From contig OY820905.2 of assembly GCA_963555755.3 (NCBI GenBank), positions 800,001-864,000 of the forward strand: a stretch of DNA of 64,000 nucleotides, in the 5' to 3' direction. Shown here in pieces: positions 19,729-30,159 of this stretch (position 1 is its first letter; every line of letters begins with the position of its first letter). A program made the translations under genes and the position numbers. Below the pieces are notes generated by a model that had not been told where the DNA came from, searched no databases, and saw only the letters and a list, made by a program, of their open reading frames with translations. The DNA is from Nitrospirales bacterium (GTDB lineage: Bacteria; Nitrospirota; Nitrospiria; Nitrospirales; UBA8639).

Positions 19729-20253
19729 TTAGTGCTCAGGAACTAGAGGGTGGCGTTCAAGCGCCAAGGTCACCGCAGAAAGAAGCTCGCCTAAATTACA
19801 GGGCTTCGCTAAGGCAGCAACAGCACCTAATTTTAAAACTTTATGTTTCTCCGCTTCGTCTTGGCCCCCGCTCAAAACGATGACTGGCGGATGCTCTCCT
19901 GCTGGTTTTTTGTCAAGGTGTTGAAGCAATTCCAGACCATCCATCACCGGCATCTCAATATCGGTAATCACCAGGGCGAAGGTTTGGGCATCAAGGCATT
20001 GCAACGCCTCAGCACCATTTTCCGCCTCCTCGCAAGCAAAGGATTCCGACTCCAAAATGGAGCGAAGCATCTGCCGAACCTCTGGTTTATCGTCGACCAA
20101 GAGAATTGTTGGCGCTCCCAATTTTTTGGACTTTGGCAATCGCTTTTTTCGAGTGTTCCCAAAACGACCAACTCTCTTCCCCCGCAAAACCTCTTTCTTC
20201 CGAGTACGGGAAAGTGTGATTATGTGAGAACTGTTAAATCGTAACGCCTTCAT
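19729..20253 (-). CDS. Single-domain response regulator with a basic N-terminal extension
   Basis: ILLVDD, EAENG.EAL, ITDIEMPVMDG, LSG, AKP; GAGGTG precedes ATG 20253 (start uncertain). Confidence 0.8.
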   Translation of the reverse strand: MKALRFNSSHIITLSRTRKKEVLRGKRVGRFGNTRKKRLPKSKKLGAPTILLVDDKPEVRQMLRSILESESFACEEAENGAEALQCLDAQTFALVITDIEMPVMDGLELLQHLDKKPAGEHPPVIVLSGGQDEAEKHKVLKLGAVAALAKPCNLGELLSAVTLALERHPLVPEH

Positions 20254-20771
20254 GATTACACCTCGCTCCACCTGCAACCACCGAAGGTGTGCACCTCTAT
20301 GTATGCAGAAGGTTTGTAGAAGCCAGACTAGACGCTTCATCCTCCAAGAGTCCGGAAACCTAACTGGAAGAGTTTGAACTTTTACCCGTGAATCCAAAAA
20401 GATCGTGTATGCAGCCGGTTTGAGTTTGGTTCGCCTCTTGTGTGGTGGTCTCTGAATAGCACCAGGATGATCAACCGATGGTCGTCTTCCTGGCCTTCTA
20501 TATAGAATATCGATGCTCAGAAGGAAACCAGAAGTAACAGGAGCACTCCGAAAACAATTCCCCAATACACAGCAGACATGGCGCACCTCCTAGGTGAGGG
20601 AAGGCGAAAGCTCGAAAATGATAATACTTTACTATTATCTAATAACATAATAATATTACGCAAGGGGCGGGAGGCAATATTGTCTAAACAGTTGAGAAGG
20701 GCTTTTCAAATTAAGGGCTAGACCGGGTAATCGCCGTGTTGGACCTAGCTGGGGGAATAAGTAGAAGTATA

Positions 20772-20912
20772 GGGCACCTCTAAAAACCAGGCATTTTTTG
20801 TGAGGGCAAGGAAGCCGCGCGCGGAAAACCGGAGTGTATGGGCGAATACATGAGGATTTGAGCACGCGGCTGACGCCGCCATTACGGAAAAGGACGGTTT
20901 TTAGAGGTGCTC
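20772..20912. mobile_element. MITE-G (141 bp)
   Basis: TIR GGGCACCTCTA/TAGAGGTGCYC; near-identical copies at 43487 and 58082. Confidence 0.88.
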
Positions 20913-21237
20913 TTAATCTATTCCCAACTTTTCAAACCTCTGAAACAGGCCCACGACAAGATTAGTCCAAGGCACTGATGCGCAAGTATCTGCGAACGTT
21001 GGACTTTCGTGCGGCTCGGCGTTCCTATGCTCGCACTACATTCTTTTGCTTCGAAATTCCCTTGAAATTCCTGACGATTTACGGATAATAACAAATTCAA
21101 GAGCCACACGTTAACAGCCCCAAGCAGAAGTCTGTCATAATTCTTAAGAAACCTTTAGGGAACCTTCTAAGGACACCGACTGTGATATTATGTGGCGTTT
21201 AGATGCCGTGAGCCCTGCTCACTCCTGAGTTTTTCCT

Positions 21238-22917
21238 ATGCGACTCACTATTCGTTTCGATGATCAAGATCGTACTCTTTTCGCCGACCTGGTTCAGAGT
21301 GAAGAATCGGAAGCGATCACCTTGCATTCTATAAAAGGAATGTTGGAAGAGGCGGGTTATATAAATCTCACCGTTGACTCTAACACAATATCTGAGCTGA
21401 TTGCCTGTGCACAACAGGGAAAAGAATGTACGATTGCGCTCAAAAAGCTGGTCGATGGGACCGTGTCCGTTGCGGTCGCCAGTAATAAACGTCAGGCGTA
21501 TATAACGCTTACGGCTGCCGATGGAGGTCAACCGCTCACATTAGACATGATCACCCAGGCCATTGCCACAGTAGGAGTGCAAGATTCACTTGTGGATCAG
21601 GAGATGGTGAACAATTGCTATCAGCGGCAATCAGTTAAAGAAATTTGCATCGCTCAAGCAAAGTTATCCCTTCAAGGAAAAGACGCTACGTATATTCCGC
21701 TTGTGGAAAGCGAAACGATAGCACCTCCCGATGTGGATGATCATGGCGTGGCAGATTTGATGAATACCCACCAATTCCTATTGGTGGAGGTCGGCACACC
21801 GTTGATGAAACGTGTGCCCGCTACCGATGGTGAGGCGGGGGTGGATGTTACCGGCAAGGAAATTAAACCTGCACCGGGGAAAGATGCCGGCTTTACGACC
21901 AACCTAACCGGTGTCGAGATAGCCCCTGAAGATCCCAACGTGTTGGTAGCGGCAATAAAAGGGCACCCGGTTATTGTTAAAAATGGCGTCAACATTGATC
22001 CAACCATTCATGTGGAAAATGTCGATATCAATTCCGGAAATATCACGTTTGACGGTTCTTTAGAAGTAAAAGGTGATGTGGCCGAGGGAATGACTATTGA
22101 TGTAACCGGGGATGTGTATATTCAAGGGGGTGTTGAACGGGCAGCCGTAAAAGCGGGCCACAACATTAAGGTTGGCGGCGGCATTTTTGGTGTGGAAGAT
22201 GCTGAACGCCCTGAGGAGGAAATTATTGAATACAAAATTAACGCAGGTTCAGATATAGAAGCCAAGTTTGTTCACCTTTCAACGTTGACTTCTCAGAACA
22301 ATATTGTCGTGAAAGAATACATTAGTCATAGCTATGTGAAATCCGGCAATCAATTGTTATTGGGTCAGGAAGGTGGAAAAGGTATAGTGTTTGGTGGACA
22401 ATGTGAAGCTTTACATCGAGTGGTTATAAATCAATTAGGAAACGAAGCCTACATTCCCACCCATGTCACGGCGGGCAAACTGAATGAGTTGACTAGGGTG
22501 TATCACAACTTAGAAAACGACTTGGCAACCTGCTCTCAAGAAGTCGGTCAATTGGAATCCACCCTAGAAAAATTTCAAAAGAGTGCTCTCGGTGTTCTTG
22601 GTACAATGCCTTTAGATAAATCCGAAAAAATTCGTACTACTATCGTTGCGATCAACGAAAAGATTGTAAGAACACAAGAACTATTGAACGCCATGGAACC
22701 TGAACTTGAGTTACAGAAAAAGGCTGCGATTGAGATCACGAAAATGATTTATCCCAACGCCGTGATGACTATTAATGGTACGACCAAACATTTTTCCGAA
22801 CAGACTGGTGGAACGACGTGGGTGCAATGGGGTGACCAACTCGTTGAACAGGGTAAAGTTGAACAAGAGAAAAAGGTTGAACAGGAGAAAAAGGTTGAAC
22901 AGGAGAAAAAGGAATAG
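21238..22917 (+). CDS. FapA/DUF342-family protein
   Basis: G.DVTG..I...PGKD, VDINSGNI.FDGS..V.GDV..GM, IYP...TING. Confidence 0.85.
   Translation: MRLTIRFDDQDRTLFADLVQSEESEAITLHSIKGMLEEAGYINLTVDSNTISELIACAQQGKECTIALKKLVDGTVSVAVASNKRQAYITLTAADGGQPLTLDMITQAIATVGVQDSLVDQEMVNNCYQRQSVKEICIAQAKLSLQGKDATYIPLVESETIAPPDVDDHGVADLMNTHQFLLVEVGTPLMKRVPATDGEAGVDVTGKEIKPAPGKDAGFTTNLTGVEIAPEDPNVLVAAIKGHPVIVKNGVNIDPTIHVENVDINSGNITFDGSLEVKGDVAEGMTIDVTGDVYIQGGVERAAVKAGHNIKVGGGIFGVEDAERPEEEIIEYKINAGSDIEAKFVHLSTLTSQNNIVVKEYISHSYVKSGNQLLLGQEGGKGIVFGGQCEALHRVVINQLGNEAYIPTHVTAGKLNELTRVYHNLENDLATCSQEVGQLESTLEKFQKSALGVLGTMPLDKSEKIRTTIVAINEKIVRTQELLNAMEPELELQKKAAIEITKMIYPNAVMTINGTTKHFSEQTGGTTWVQWGDQLVEQGKVEQEKKVEQEKKVEQEKKE
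22855..22908 (+). repeat. 3 x 18-bp in-frame tandem repeat (KVEQEK)
   Basis: AARGTTGAACARGAGAAA repeated three times at the FapA C-terminus. Confidence 0.9.
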
Positions 22918-22921
22918 AGCC

Positions 22922-23330
22922 ATTTATGTGGAAAGCATTGCGAGTGAGAACGTTCCTTGTGTATTGCCGGAAGTGACCTTAGCCGATTTGCGCGAGATAT
23001 TCAAAGAGGTACCCTATCATCACCTGCTCGTTGCAGGAGATGGAGATCTGCTGGGTATTATTTCCAACAGAGATGTTTTGCGTATGTCCAGCCCGTTTAT
23101 CGATACCGCCAATGTTACTGTTCAAGATCAATCACTAGTAGAAACCAAGGCTCAAGATTTTATGTCCACACAATTAATCACCTTCAAAAAAGACACCTTA
23201 GTTGATACCGCTGCCATTCTTTTAATGGAGCATAATATTTCATGTTTGCCCGTTGTCTCTTAAGGATGATGCGATCGAAGGCATTCTTACTTGGAAAGAC
23301 ATGCTGAAATACTATGTGTATATTCGCTGA
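22922..23330 (+). pseudogene. CBS-domain protein with a 1-nt frameshift near 23260
   Basis: HHLLV..LLGIISNRD, ISCLPVVS then a stop; the shifted frame continues KDDAIEGILTWKDMLKYY. Could be a sequencing error. Confidence 0.75.
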
Positions 23331-23756
23331 ACTTTCTTGTTTTTCTAAAGCTTATTCCCGCCTCGGGCGTGGCTGAACCGCGACACCGAATCCAACTTTT
23401 GGGCGAGGGCTGTCTGAGTCCTTCGACAAGGCTCCGCGAGTTCCACAGACATACTACCCCGAGCCGAGCCAAATACCTCGGCCACCGGAACGAACCACGA
23501 AAAAATACAGATGGATTCCCGATTCAGGATGTCGGGAATAACAGCAAGAGCATTGGTAAGCCACAAGTATGGCTATCTCGTTATGCCTGCTGACCATTGC
23601 GTGGATAACGGCGGGAACATAACAGGCAGATTATTCCGATGAACAGAACCGGGAGAGGGTATCCTGGAATCCGCCTCATACGGTAAAGGGTCGAGTCTTT
23701 TGTTGAGAGTTTCAAAGATTGACGATCCCCATGGTGTTTTCTTCTTGAAGTTAACC

Positions 23757-24656
23757 CGCGTTGGGTGCGGCGGAGCTGGAGGCCCGAATCGACTTTTCGG
23801 CGAGGGCTGTTTGAGTCCTTCGACAAGACTCAGGATAGACTCCGCGAGTTCCCTCGCCATCTTATTCGGGGCGGAGGCGGAGGCACGACGGAGAGACTGC
23901 TTCTGAGCAGCCTCGGAGGGGCCGGGCACGGGCGAAAATCGACATAGGTAGGCGGTCACCCGCTTTCCCTGTCACACCACCGTACGTACGGGTCCGTATA
24001 CGGCGGTTCGGTGGGTTAAGCGATTGGCCACCAGGAGAGACTTCTCTCAACTGGTCACCCCTCGCCGGGCTTTCAACTGGGCGGTTCGCCGCGAGCGATT
24101 CGACACTTCCTCGTCAGTCCTTAGGGCTTCACCCCTATCCTCTGTCGGGAAGGCCAGGGTTAACTGGTTATTCAGCCGCTTGTCGCTCGTGAGTTCCGCT
24201 GCCTACATACCACTCCGTACCGTTCAGGCCTTCATCCCTGTCGGGACTACTATGCCCTCTGCTGACTCCTCCCGCCCGCTCTGAACTGATCACTCAGTTC
24301 TCAGTCTTGCTGCCAAGACAGACGAGAGGTCTCCCGAGGTACGCTCAACCGCTTTCAGCGCACGACCGCCAGATTTACACCCAATGCCCTTGATGGATAT
24401 GGACTTCGTGAAAACCAGCTCACTCGTCCGACACTGACTGCCTCGTATCTGGTTCTTGTTCATCGGCCCGCGCCTTTGCTCTACGCTTCCTTCAGACCCC
24501 GCCTCACGACGACGCCCTTGCGCTTCGCTATGACTTCACCTCCATCAGGTTGTCAAAGGGACTTGCACCCTCAAGCTGTTGAACATGCTCGGCACACTGG
24601 TTTTGGTTCCTTTTGCCGAAACAAAAGGAACTCGTCGCGCGGGGACGAAACCCCGC
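23757..24656. repeat. TIR-less hairpin-rich repeat H, split by a group II intron; degenerate relatives near 23360-23450 and 25170-25260
   Basis: Both halves are collinear with the copy at 33757-34071. Confidence 0.75.
23938..24597 (-). mobile_element. ORF-less group IIC intron (660 nt)
   Basis: 5' GTGTGCCGAGCATG; short domain V GAACCGCCGTATACGGACCCGTACGTACGGTGGTGTG; 3' end CGAT; no RT ORF; hairpin immediately upstream of the insertion site. Confidence 0.9.
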
Positions 24657-24713
24657 AATAAAGATGGATTCCTGATTACAGATGTCGGGAATGACAGCGG
24701 AGGATGGATCACC

Positions 24714-24881
24714 CTAGCTAAGGCGCTCGAGAAGCTCTCGGAGCACGATTTTTCGTTCCTTCAGATCTTGCCGAAACTCAAATTTTTCCGTATGCCCAAT
24801 TTCATCTCCAAGATCTGAAATGGCACCTGCCAGGACCGAACCCAATATCTCTTGTTCTTTGGTATTCAAACTTAGATCCAC
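24714..24881 (-). CDS. Small hypothetical protein, 55 aa
   Basis: AAGGAGG RBS then GTG; MDLSLNTKEQEILGSVLAGAISDLGDEIGHTEKFEFRQDLKERKIVLRELLERLS. Confidence 0.75.
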   Translation of the reverse strand: MDLSLNTKEQEILGSVLAGAISDLGDEIGHTEKFEFRQDLKERKIVLRELLERLS

Positions 24882-25373
24882 GGTAGTCCTCCTTTTCTGG
24901 AGTTTGCGGTGAACGGAACCTCATCCTATATTATCCGCGTGACACAGGTCCCCTTATTCCACTAAGAGATTGAATAATCTCAACCTCCATTCACCGAAGT
25001 CAAACACTAGGACGAAAGCCGAACTGCAGAAAGACGGCAGAAAATTTAGGGGCTAGAGGGTTTGCCCGAATTCCTTGGAGGCAACAAATTATTAAAGGAT
25101 CGAGTCTTTTGTTGAGAATTCCACAGATTGACGACCACCTACCGTTCTCCTTTCTGCACTCTCTCCCCGCCTTGGGCGCGGCGGAGCCTCCGTACGGAAT
25201 CGACCACTCTGGCGTGAACTGGCTGAGGCATTCGACAAGGACAGGCTTCGCGAGTTGCGCAGCTATATGATCTATCCCAAGCCAAACACCTTGGCCAACG
25301 GAACGAACCTCAGAACAGCAAAAGCGGATCCCCCCTATTTTTATGGGCCGCTTCACTCACTGATCGAAAACGG

Positions 25374-27527
25374 TCAGGTTGTTTCGCTTGGAACGGCCTT
25401 CATGGACAACGCAATACGCCGGCGTGGGATGTCGACCTCCAACACGGTCACTCTGACTTGTTGGTTGACCTGTACGACGGTATTGGGATCGCTGATAAAT
25501 CGATTGGCGAGCTGACTGATATGGATGAGGCCATCCTGATGCACTCCGATATCGACAAAGGCTCCAAAGGCTGTGACATTGGTGACCACTCCGGTCAGGA
25601 TCATGCCGGGTTTGACCTGCTCAATGGATTGCACCCCTTCCTGAAACCGCACCGCTTCAAATTGCTGACGTGGATCACGGCCAGGCTTAGCCAATTCGGT
25701 GAGAATATCGGTTAACGTTGGTTTTCCCACTTCCTCCGTGATGTATCGATGAAGGTCGATCGTGCGTTGTCGATCAGGGTTGTTCACCAGCTCCTTCACG
25801 GTACATCCCAAGTCTTTGGCCATCGCCTGTACCACGGAGTACCGCTCGGGATGCACCGCGCTGGCATCCAGAGGATGATCGCCATCGGTAATGCGTAAAA
25901 ATCCCGCGGCTTGCTCAAACGCTTTTGCTCCCAAGCGGGGCACTTTCTTCAAGGCCGACCGGCTTCGAAAGGGGCCATGTTCCTTTCGATAGACCACGAT
26001 GTTCGCGGCGAGTTGCGGACCCACACCAGAGACGGCGGTGAGGAGTTGCGGGCTCGCCATATTGACATCCACCCCAATCCGGTTCACGCAACTGATGACA
26101 ATATCATGAAGACGCTGCTTCAAGATCCCTTGATCGACATCATGTTGATACTGCCCGACCCCGATTGCCTTGGGATCGAGCTTCACCAGTTCGGCTAACG
26201 GATCCATGAGCCGCCGACCAATCGAAACCGCCCCACGCACGGTCACATCCTGGTCAGGAAATTCCTCTCGTGCCACCGCGGACGCGGAATACACGGACGC
26301 CCCGCTTTCGTTCACCATCACAAGGAAAATGTCCGATGGCAACGTCAACGTACGAAGAAACGTTTCGGTCTCCCTCCCTGCCGTCCCATTGCCAATGGCA
26401 ATAGCCTCAATCTTGAAACGCTCACACAACGCCACAATCGTATCCCCTGATCTGGAGGCGGACCCTGCTCCTTGATGAGGGTAGATTGTATCCGTATGGA
26501 GAAAATTGCCTTGCCGATCCAGACACACCACTTTACACCCAGTGCGAAACCCCGGATCGATGGCCAGCACCGTCTTCTGGCCCAATGGTGACGCCATGAG
26601 CAACTGCTGCACGTTTTGCGCAAACACCTCAATGGCTGTCTGATCAGCACGGGATTTTGTCAGCAGACGGGTTTCCGTTTCCATTGAGGGGGCCAGGAGC
26701 CGGGCAAAACTGTCCTGGATAGCCATGGTCACCTGAGCCGACGCCGGCCCGCTCCCTTTCAGAAAAAGGCGGTGCAGGAGAGACAGCGCTGCCGGTTCCG
26801 GCACCAACACACGAAAGGTCAGAAAGCCTTCCTGTTCGCCACGGCGCATAGCCAGAATACGATGCGAGGGCGCCGTCGCCACTGGTTCTTCCCATTCGAT
26901 ATAATCCCGAAACTTGCTACCTTGAACATCTTTCCCCCGCATCCCCGTCGTCTTGAATTTCCCGTGTTCCAAAAACAACGAGCGCATGGATGCACGAGCC
27001 TGCCGATCTTCGTTGATCCATTCAGCCATGATATCGCGCGCGCCAGCCAACGCCTCTTCCACCATCTCCACCCCCTGCTCTGGATTGAGAAACTTCCCTG
27101 CTTCGACCATGACATCTAACTGCGGATCTTGATCCCAGAGGCTCTGTGCAAACGGCTCCAGTCCCCGTTCTTTGGCGCTCATGGCGCGTGTGCGGCGTTT
27201 GGGGCGATAGGGTAAATACAGATCCTCCAAATCCGTCATCGACGTGGCAGCTTGCACTTGCTCTTGCAAACTGTCGGTGAGGTTTCCTTGTTCTTCGAGG
27301 GACGTCAAAATGGCGGACCGACGTTTGTCCAATTCTCGAAGTTGGGCCACTCGATCCCGAATGGAGGTAATGACGACTTCATCTAACCCACCCGTCACTT
27401 CTTTTCGATAACGTGCGAGAAATGGCACCGTTGCTCCATCATCCAGAAGATCCACCGTAGCCGTTACCTGCTTGATCGTAACACCCAGCTCCAACGCCAT
27501 CGTTCTGTCATGCAATTCTGATTTCAT
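25374..27527 (-). CDS. tex: Tex-family RNA-binding transcription accessory protein
   Basis: GATVPFLARYRKEVTG.LDE, DPGFRTGCK, NESGASVYSAS, IGVGQYQHDV, C-terminal S1 domain. Confidence 0.95.
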   Translation of the reverse strand: MKSELHDRTMALELGVTIKQVTATVDLLDDGATVPFLARYRKEVTGGLDEVVITSIRDRVAQLRELDKRRSAILTSLEEQGNLTDSLQEQVQAATSMTDLEDLYLPYRPKRRTRAMSAKERGLEPFAQSLWDQDPQLDVMVEAGKFLNPEQGVEMVEEALAGARDIMAEWINEDRQARASMRSLFLEHGKFKTTGMRGKDVQGSKFRDYIEWEEPVATAPSHRILAMRRGEQEGFLTFRVLVPEPAALSLLHRLFLKGSGPASAQVTMAIQDSFARLLAPSMETETRLLTKSRADQTAIEVFAQNVQQLLMASPLGQKTVLAIDPGFRTGCKVVCLDRQGNFLHTDTIYPHQGAGSASRSGDTIVALCERFKIEAIAIGNGTAGRETETFLRTLTLPSDIFLVMVNESGASVYSASAVAREEFPDQDVTVRGAVSIGRRLMDPLAELVKLDPKAIGVGQYQHDVDQGILKQRLHDIVISCVNRIGVDVNMASPQLLTAVSGVGPQLAANIVVYRKEHGPFRSRSALKKVPRLGAKAFEQAAGFLRITDGDHPLDASAVHPERYSVVQAMAKDLGCTVKELVNNPDRQRTIDLHRYITEEVGKPTLTDILTELAKPGRDPRQQFEAVRFQEGVQSIEQVKPGMILTGVVTNVTAFGAFVDIGVHQDGLIHISQLANRFISDPNTVVQVNQQVRVTVLEVDIPRRRIALSMKAVPSETT

Positions 27528-27563
27528 CTTCTCAATACATCTTTCACATCAAGAGAAAGGGAT

Positions 27564-28001
27564 TTATTCGGAGGAAAAGAACCGGGAGAGAGTGTCCCCC
27601 AACCCGCCCCACATATCGGGTTTTAGCGTAATTTGGTGCTCATGCAGGAGAACCTTTGATTGGGAAGGACAGGAAGGGAATCCTGTGCTCCTCGTTCCAA
27701 TTTTTTGCGCCAAGTACGTCCCATCCTCTCGCGCCGCTGCACTCTCCAACACGAGCAGCTGCTCCCGAGCCTCAAGCACGCAAAAACCTTGATAGCCCAG
27801 AATGTGAAATTGTGTTTTCTCTGCGAAATACGCACGATGATGGCCAGTGGAAAAGACAACATGGTCTTTTTTAATCGGCCCATGGGGACCAATTGAATAA
27901 ATAAATGTAGGGACAATTAATACGGCTACAATGGCAAGCCCGATGGGAATTAGCGGATTCCGTTTGGGTTCATCAGTATATTTCTCAGAAGATTCAGCCA
28001 T
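27564..28001 (-). CDS. Hypothetical membrane-anchored protein
   Basis: 145-aa ORF with one N-terminal TM segment and a GAGG RBS. Confidence 0.65.
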   Translation of the reverse strand: MAESSEKYTDEPKRNPLIPIGLAIVAVLIVPTFIYSIGPHGPIKKDHVVFSTGHHRAYFAEKTQFHILGYQGFCVLEAREQLLVLESAAAREDGTYLAQKIGTRSTGFPSCPSQSKVLLHEHQITLKPDMWGGLGDTLSRFFSSE

Positions 28002-28202
28002 GGCCTCTACTCTACAATATTTACGCTTTCGGGACTACGGCCATTCTATGGTCAGGATTCCCCTACATCCCTTTTGAGCCATACGAAAACACGTTGATTG
28101 TATTTTCCCCTCCATCTTCGTTAGCATGTTTCTTCCATTTTGTCGACGCACATGAATCCGACCATGGCTCTACCCAATTCCTATTCTGTAAAACTTTCCC
28201 AC

Positions 28203-28901
28203 GTGAAGAGAATCCTGCTCCTCACTCTAATCTTTTTGTCGGGATGTTCCACGACACACAGGCAATATTTATCTGATCATTGGATATCTCAACCTCAGGG
28301 GGTGTCACAACCTCAAGCTCTCCATCTCGTTTCCGCCAATTCAAGGACCTCACGTTTACAAGTTATCATTATGTACGACGGATCGCTCTCTAGCCATTCC
28401 GCGCTTCGACTCGAATCAGAAAATGGGAACGTCACGTTTTGGGATCCAGCGGGGGCGTATGGTCTGGTGGGTCACATCACCGACGCGCACGGCATACCCA
28501 TTAGGCCCTATGGCAAGCGAGTCAAGGACATTGTGATCACCCACATCCCTGACATTCCGACGTACATGAGATTCAGATGGTTGGTAGGCGATTCCTCGGT
28601 CGAGATTTTTGAATGGGATTTACCTCATGAACAAACCAAAGAGCTAAGGAAAGTCTTACGGATGGGAACGGAGGAGAATCATCCCAAGGGTGAATTTCAT
28701 ACAGAAACGGCACCAGCCTTTTGTTCGATAGCCATTTCCAATTTTCTGCAACGCTTTGTGACGCCTACCCTCACATTAGCCGACACGTATCTCTGGCCTC
28801 ACAACCTTGCGGAAGCCTTATTAGACTATTCGCCTTCAAGAGTCCGCGTGTTTGTACGAGGAAAACCAGAGATGGTCTTTTGGCCCCCGGCCAACAATTG
28901 A
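28203..28901 (+). CDS. Hypothetical lipoprotein
   Basis: MKRILLLTLIFLSGC lipobox; HSALR, FWDPAG.Y and a Cys near the C-terminus. Confidence 0.65.
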   Translation: MKRILLLTLIFLSGCSTTHRQYLSDHWISQPQGVSQPQALHLVSANSRTSRLQVIIMYDGSLSSHSALRLESENGNVTFWDPAGAYGLVGHITDAHGIPIRPYGKRVKDIVITHIPDIPTYMRFRWLVGDSSVEIFEWDLPHEQTKELRKVLRMGTEENHPKGEFHTETAPAFCSIAISNFLQRFVTPTLTLADTYLWPHNLAEALLDYSPSRVRVFVRGKPEMVFWPPANN

Positions 28902-29033
28902 CTAGGCCCTAACAATGACCAAGGCCACAATCTCAGCTCCTCATTTTAATGAAAAAATGATTTCCCCTGCAGTGCTATTCATATGCACAGGGATAAAAAA
29001 ATTTAATAAGGCTTGAGGCCTTCCCTTAAAAAT

Positions 29034-29438
29034 ATGAGCAAATCTTCATCAGCAACCTCCAAACCCATTTTTGTCGTGTTGAGTCTCGTGTTATTCGGAG
29101 CCTCAGGTTATTGGGTGTGGACTACCCAATACGCTCCAATCACCTGTGACTCCCAGGCCGCTCATGCCGAGTTAAAGACCCTTGGAGATAAGGGCATTCG
29201 AAATACCGGGCATGGCTCAAGCCTGACAAATCTGTTGTGGATTTATGTCGGTCCAAAGTGGCATGCCCTCCCCTTGAAGGAAAAACGATCCATTGACAAA
29301 ATCGTCACCTGCGCTGCCCAAACAATTGATGATCAAGGCCAACCCACATGGCAGGCCGCCTATTATGATTATAAATCTGGAAAAATGGCCGCCTTAACCA
29401 GCAAACGCTATGGCTTCCGCCTGAAGACTCCAGAGTAA
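29034..29438 (+). CDS. Hypothetical membrane-anchored protein
   Basis: N-terminal TM segment and normal codon usage. Confidence 0.6.
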   Translation: MSKSSSATSKPIFVVLSLVLFGASGYWVWTTQYAPITCDSQAAHAELKTLGDKGIRNTGHGSSLTNLLWIYVGPKWHALPLKEKRSIDKIVTCAAQTIDDQGQPTWQAAYYDYKSGKMAALTSKRYGFRLKTPE

Positions 29439-29481
29439 TCATCTCCTTGCCTCAACGGTTCCATGCTATAATTATGAAACC

Positions 29482-30159
29482 ATGCGTATTCTGATTGTTG
29501 AAGATGAACCCAAAGTCGCGTCCTTTATTCGACGAGCGTTGGAAGAAGAAAGCTATGCGGTCGATGTGTGCCCCGATGGGGTAGAGGGTCGCGACCTCGC
29601 TTGCGAGGTGAATTACGACCTGATCATTCTCGACCTCATGCTTCCGAACCTTCCTGGGCTGGGAGTCCTCAAAGGCATTCGTGCCGAAAAGGTTAAAACG
29701 CCCGTCCTCATTTTGACGGCACGATCTGAAGTGGATCAACGCGTGAAAGGCCTGGATGCGGGAGCCGACGATTACCTCACCAAACCCTTTGCCATCGAAG
29801 AATTGCTGGCCCGTTCCAGGGCACTGATGCGACGTGCCAGCGGCGAAACCTCCGGCATTCTACAAATCGATGACTTAATTTTGAATCCGATCACCCATGA
29901 GGTCACGAGAGCAGGCCAACGCATAGACCTCACCTCTAAAGAATATGCCCTACTCGAATACATGATGCGGAGTACCGGCCGCGTCTTAACCCGCCCTATG
30001 ATTTCCGAACATGTATGGGACTTGGATTTCGACACGTTCACCAATGTCATCGATGTCTACATCAGTTACCTCCGCAACAAAATTGACAAAGGCCACAAGC
30101 GCAATCTTATTCACACGGTGCGTGGAAGCGGGTACACATTAAAGGCAGCCAATGAGTAA
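29482..30159 (+). CDS. OmpR-family response regulator (CusR/CzcR-like)
   Basis: MRILIVEDE, LDLMLP, GADDYLTKPF, TNVIDVYI.YLR.KID, HTVRG.GY. Confidence 0.94.
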   Translation: MRILIVEDEPKVASFIRRALEEESYAVDVCPDGVEGRDLACEVNYDLIILDLMLPNLPGLGVLKGIRAEKVKTPVLILTARSEVDQRVKGLDAGADDYLTKPFAIEELLARSRALMRRASGETSGILQIDDLILNPITHEVTRAGQRIDLTSKEYALLEYMMRSTGRVLTRPMISEHVWDLDFDTFTNVIDVYISYLRNKIDKGHKRNLIHTVRGSGYTLKAANE

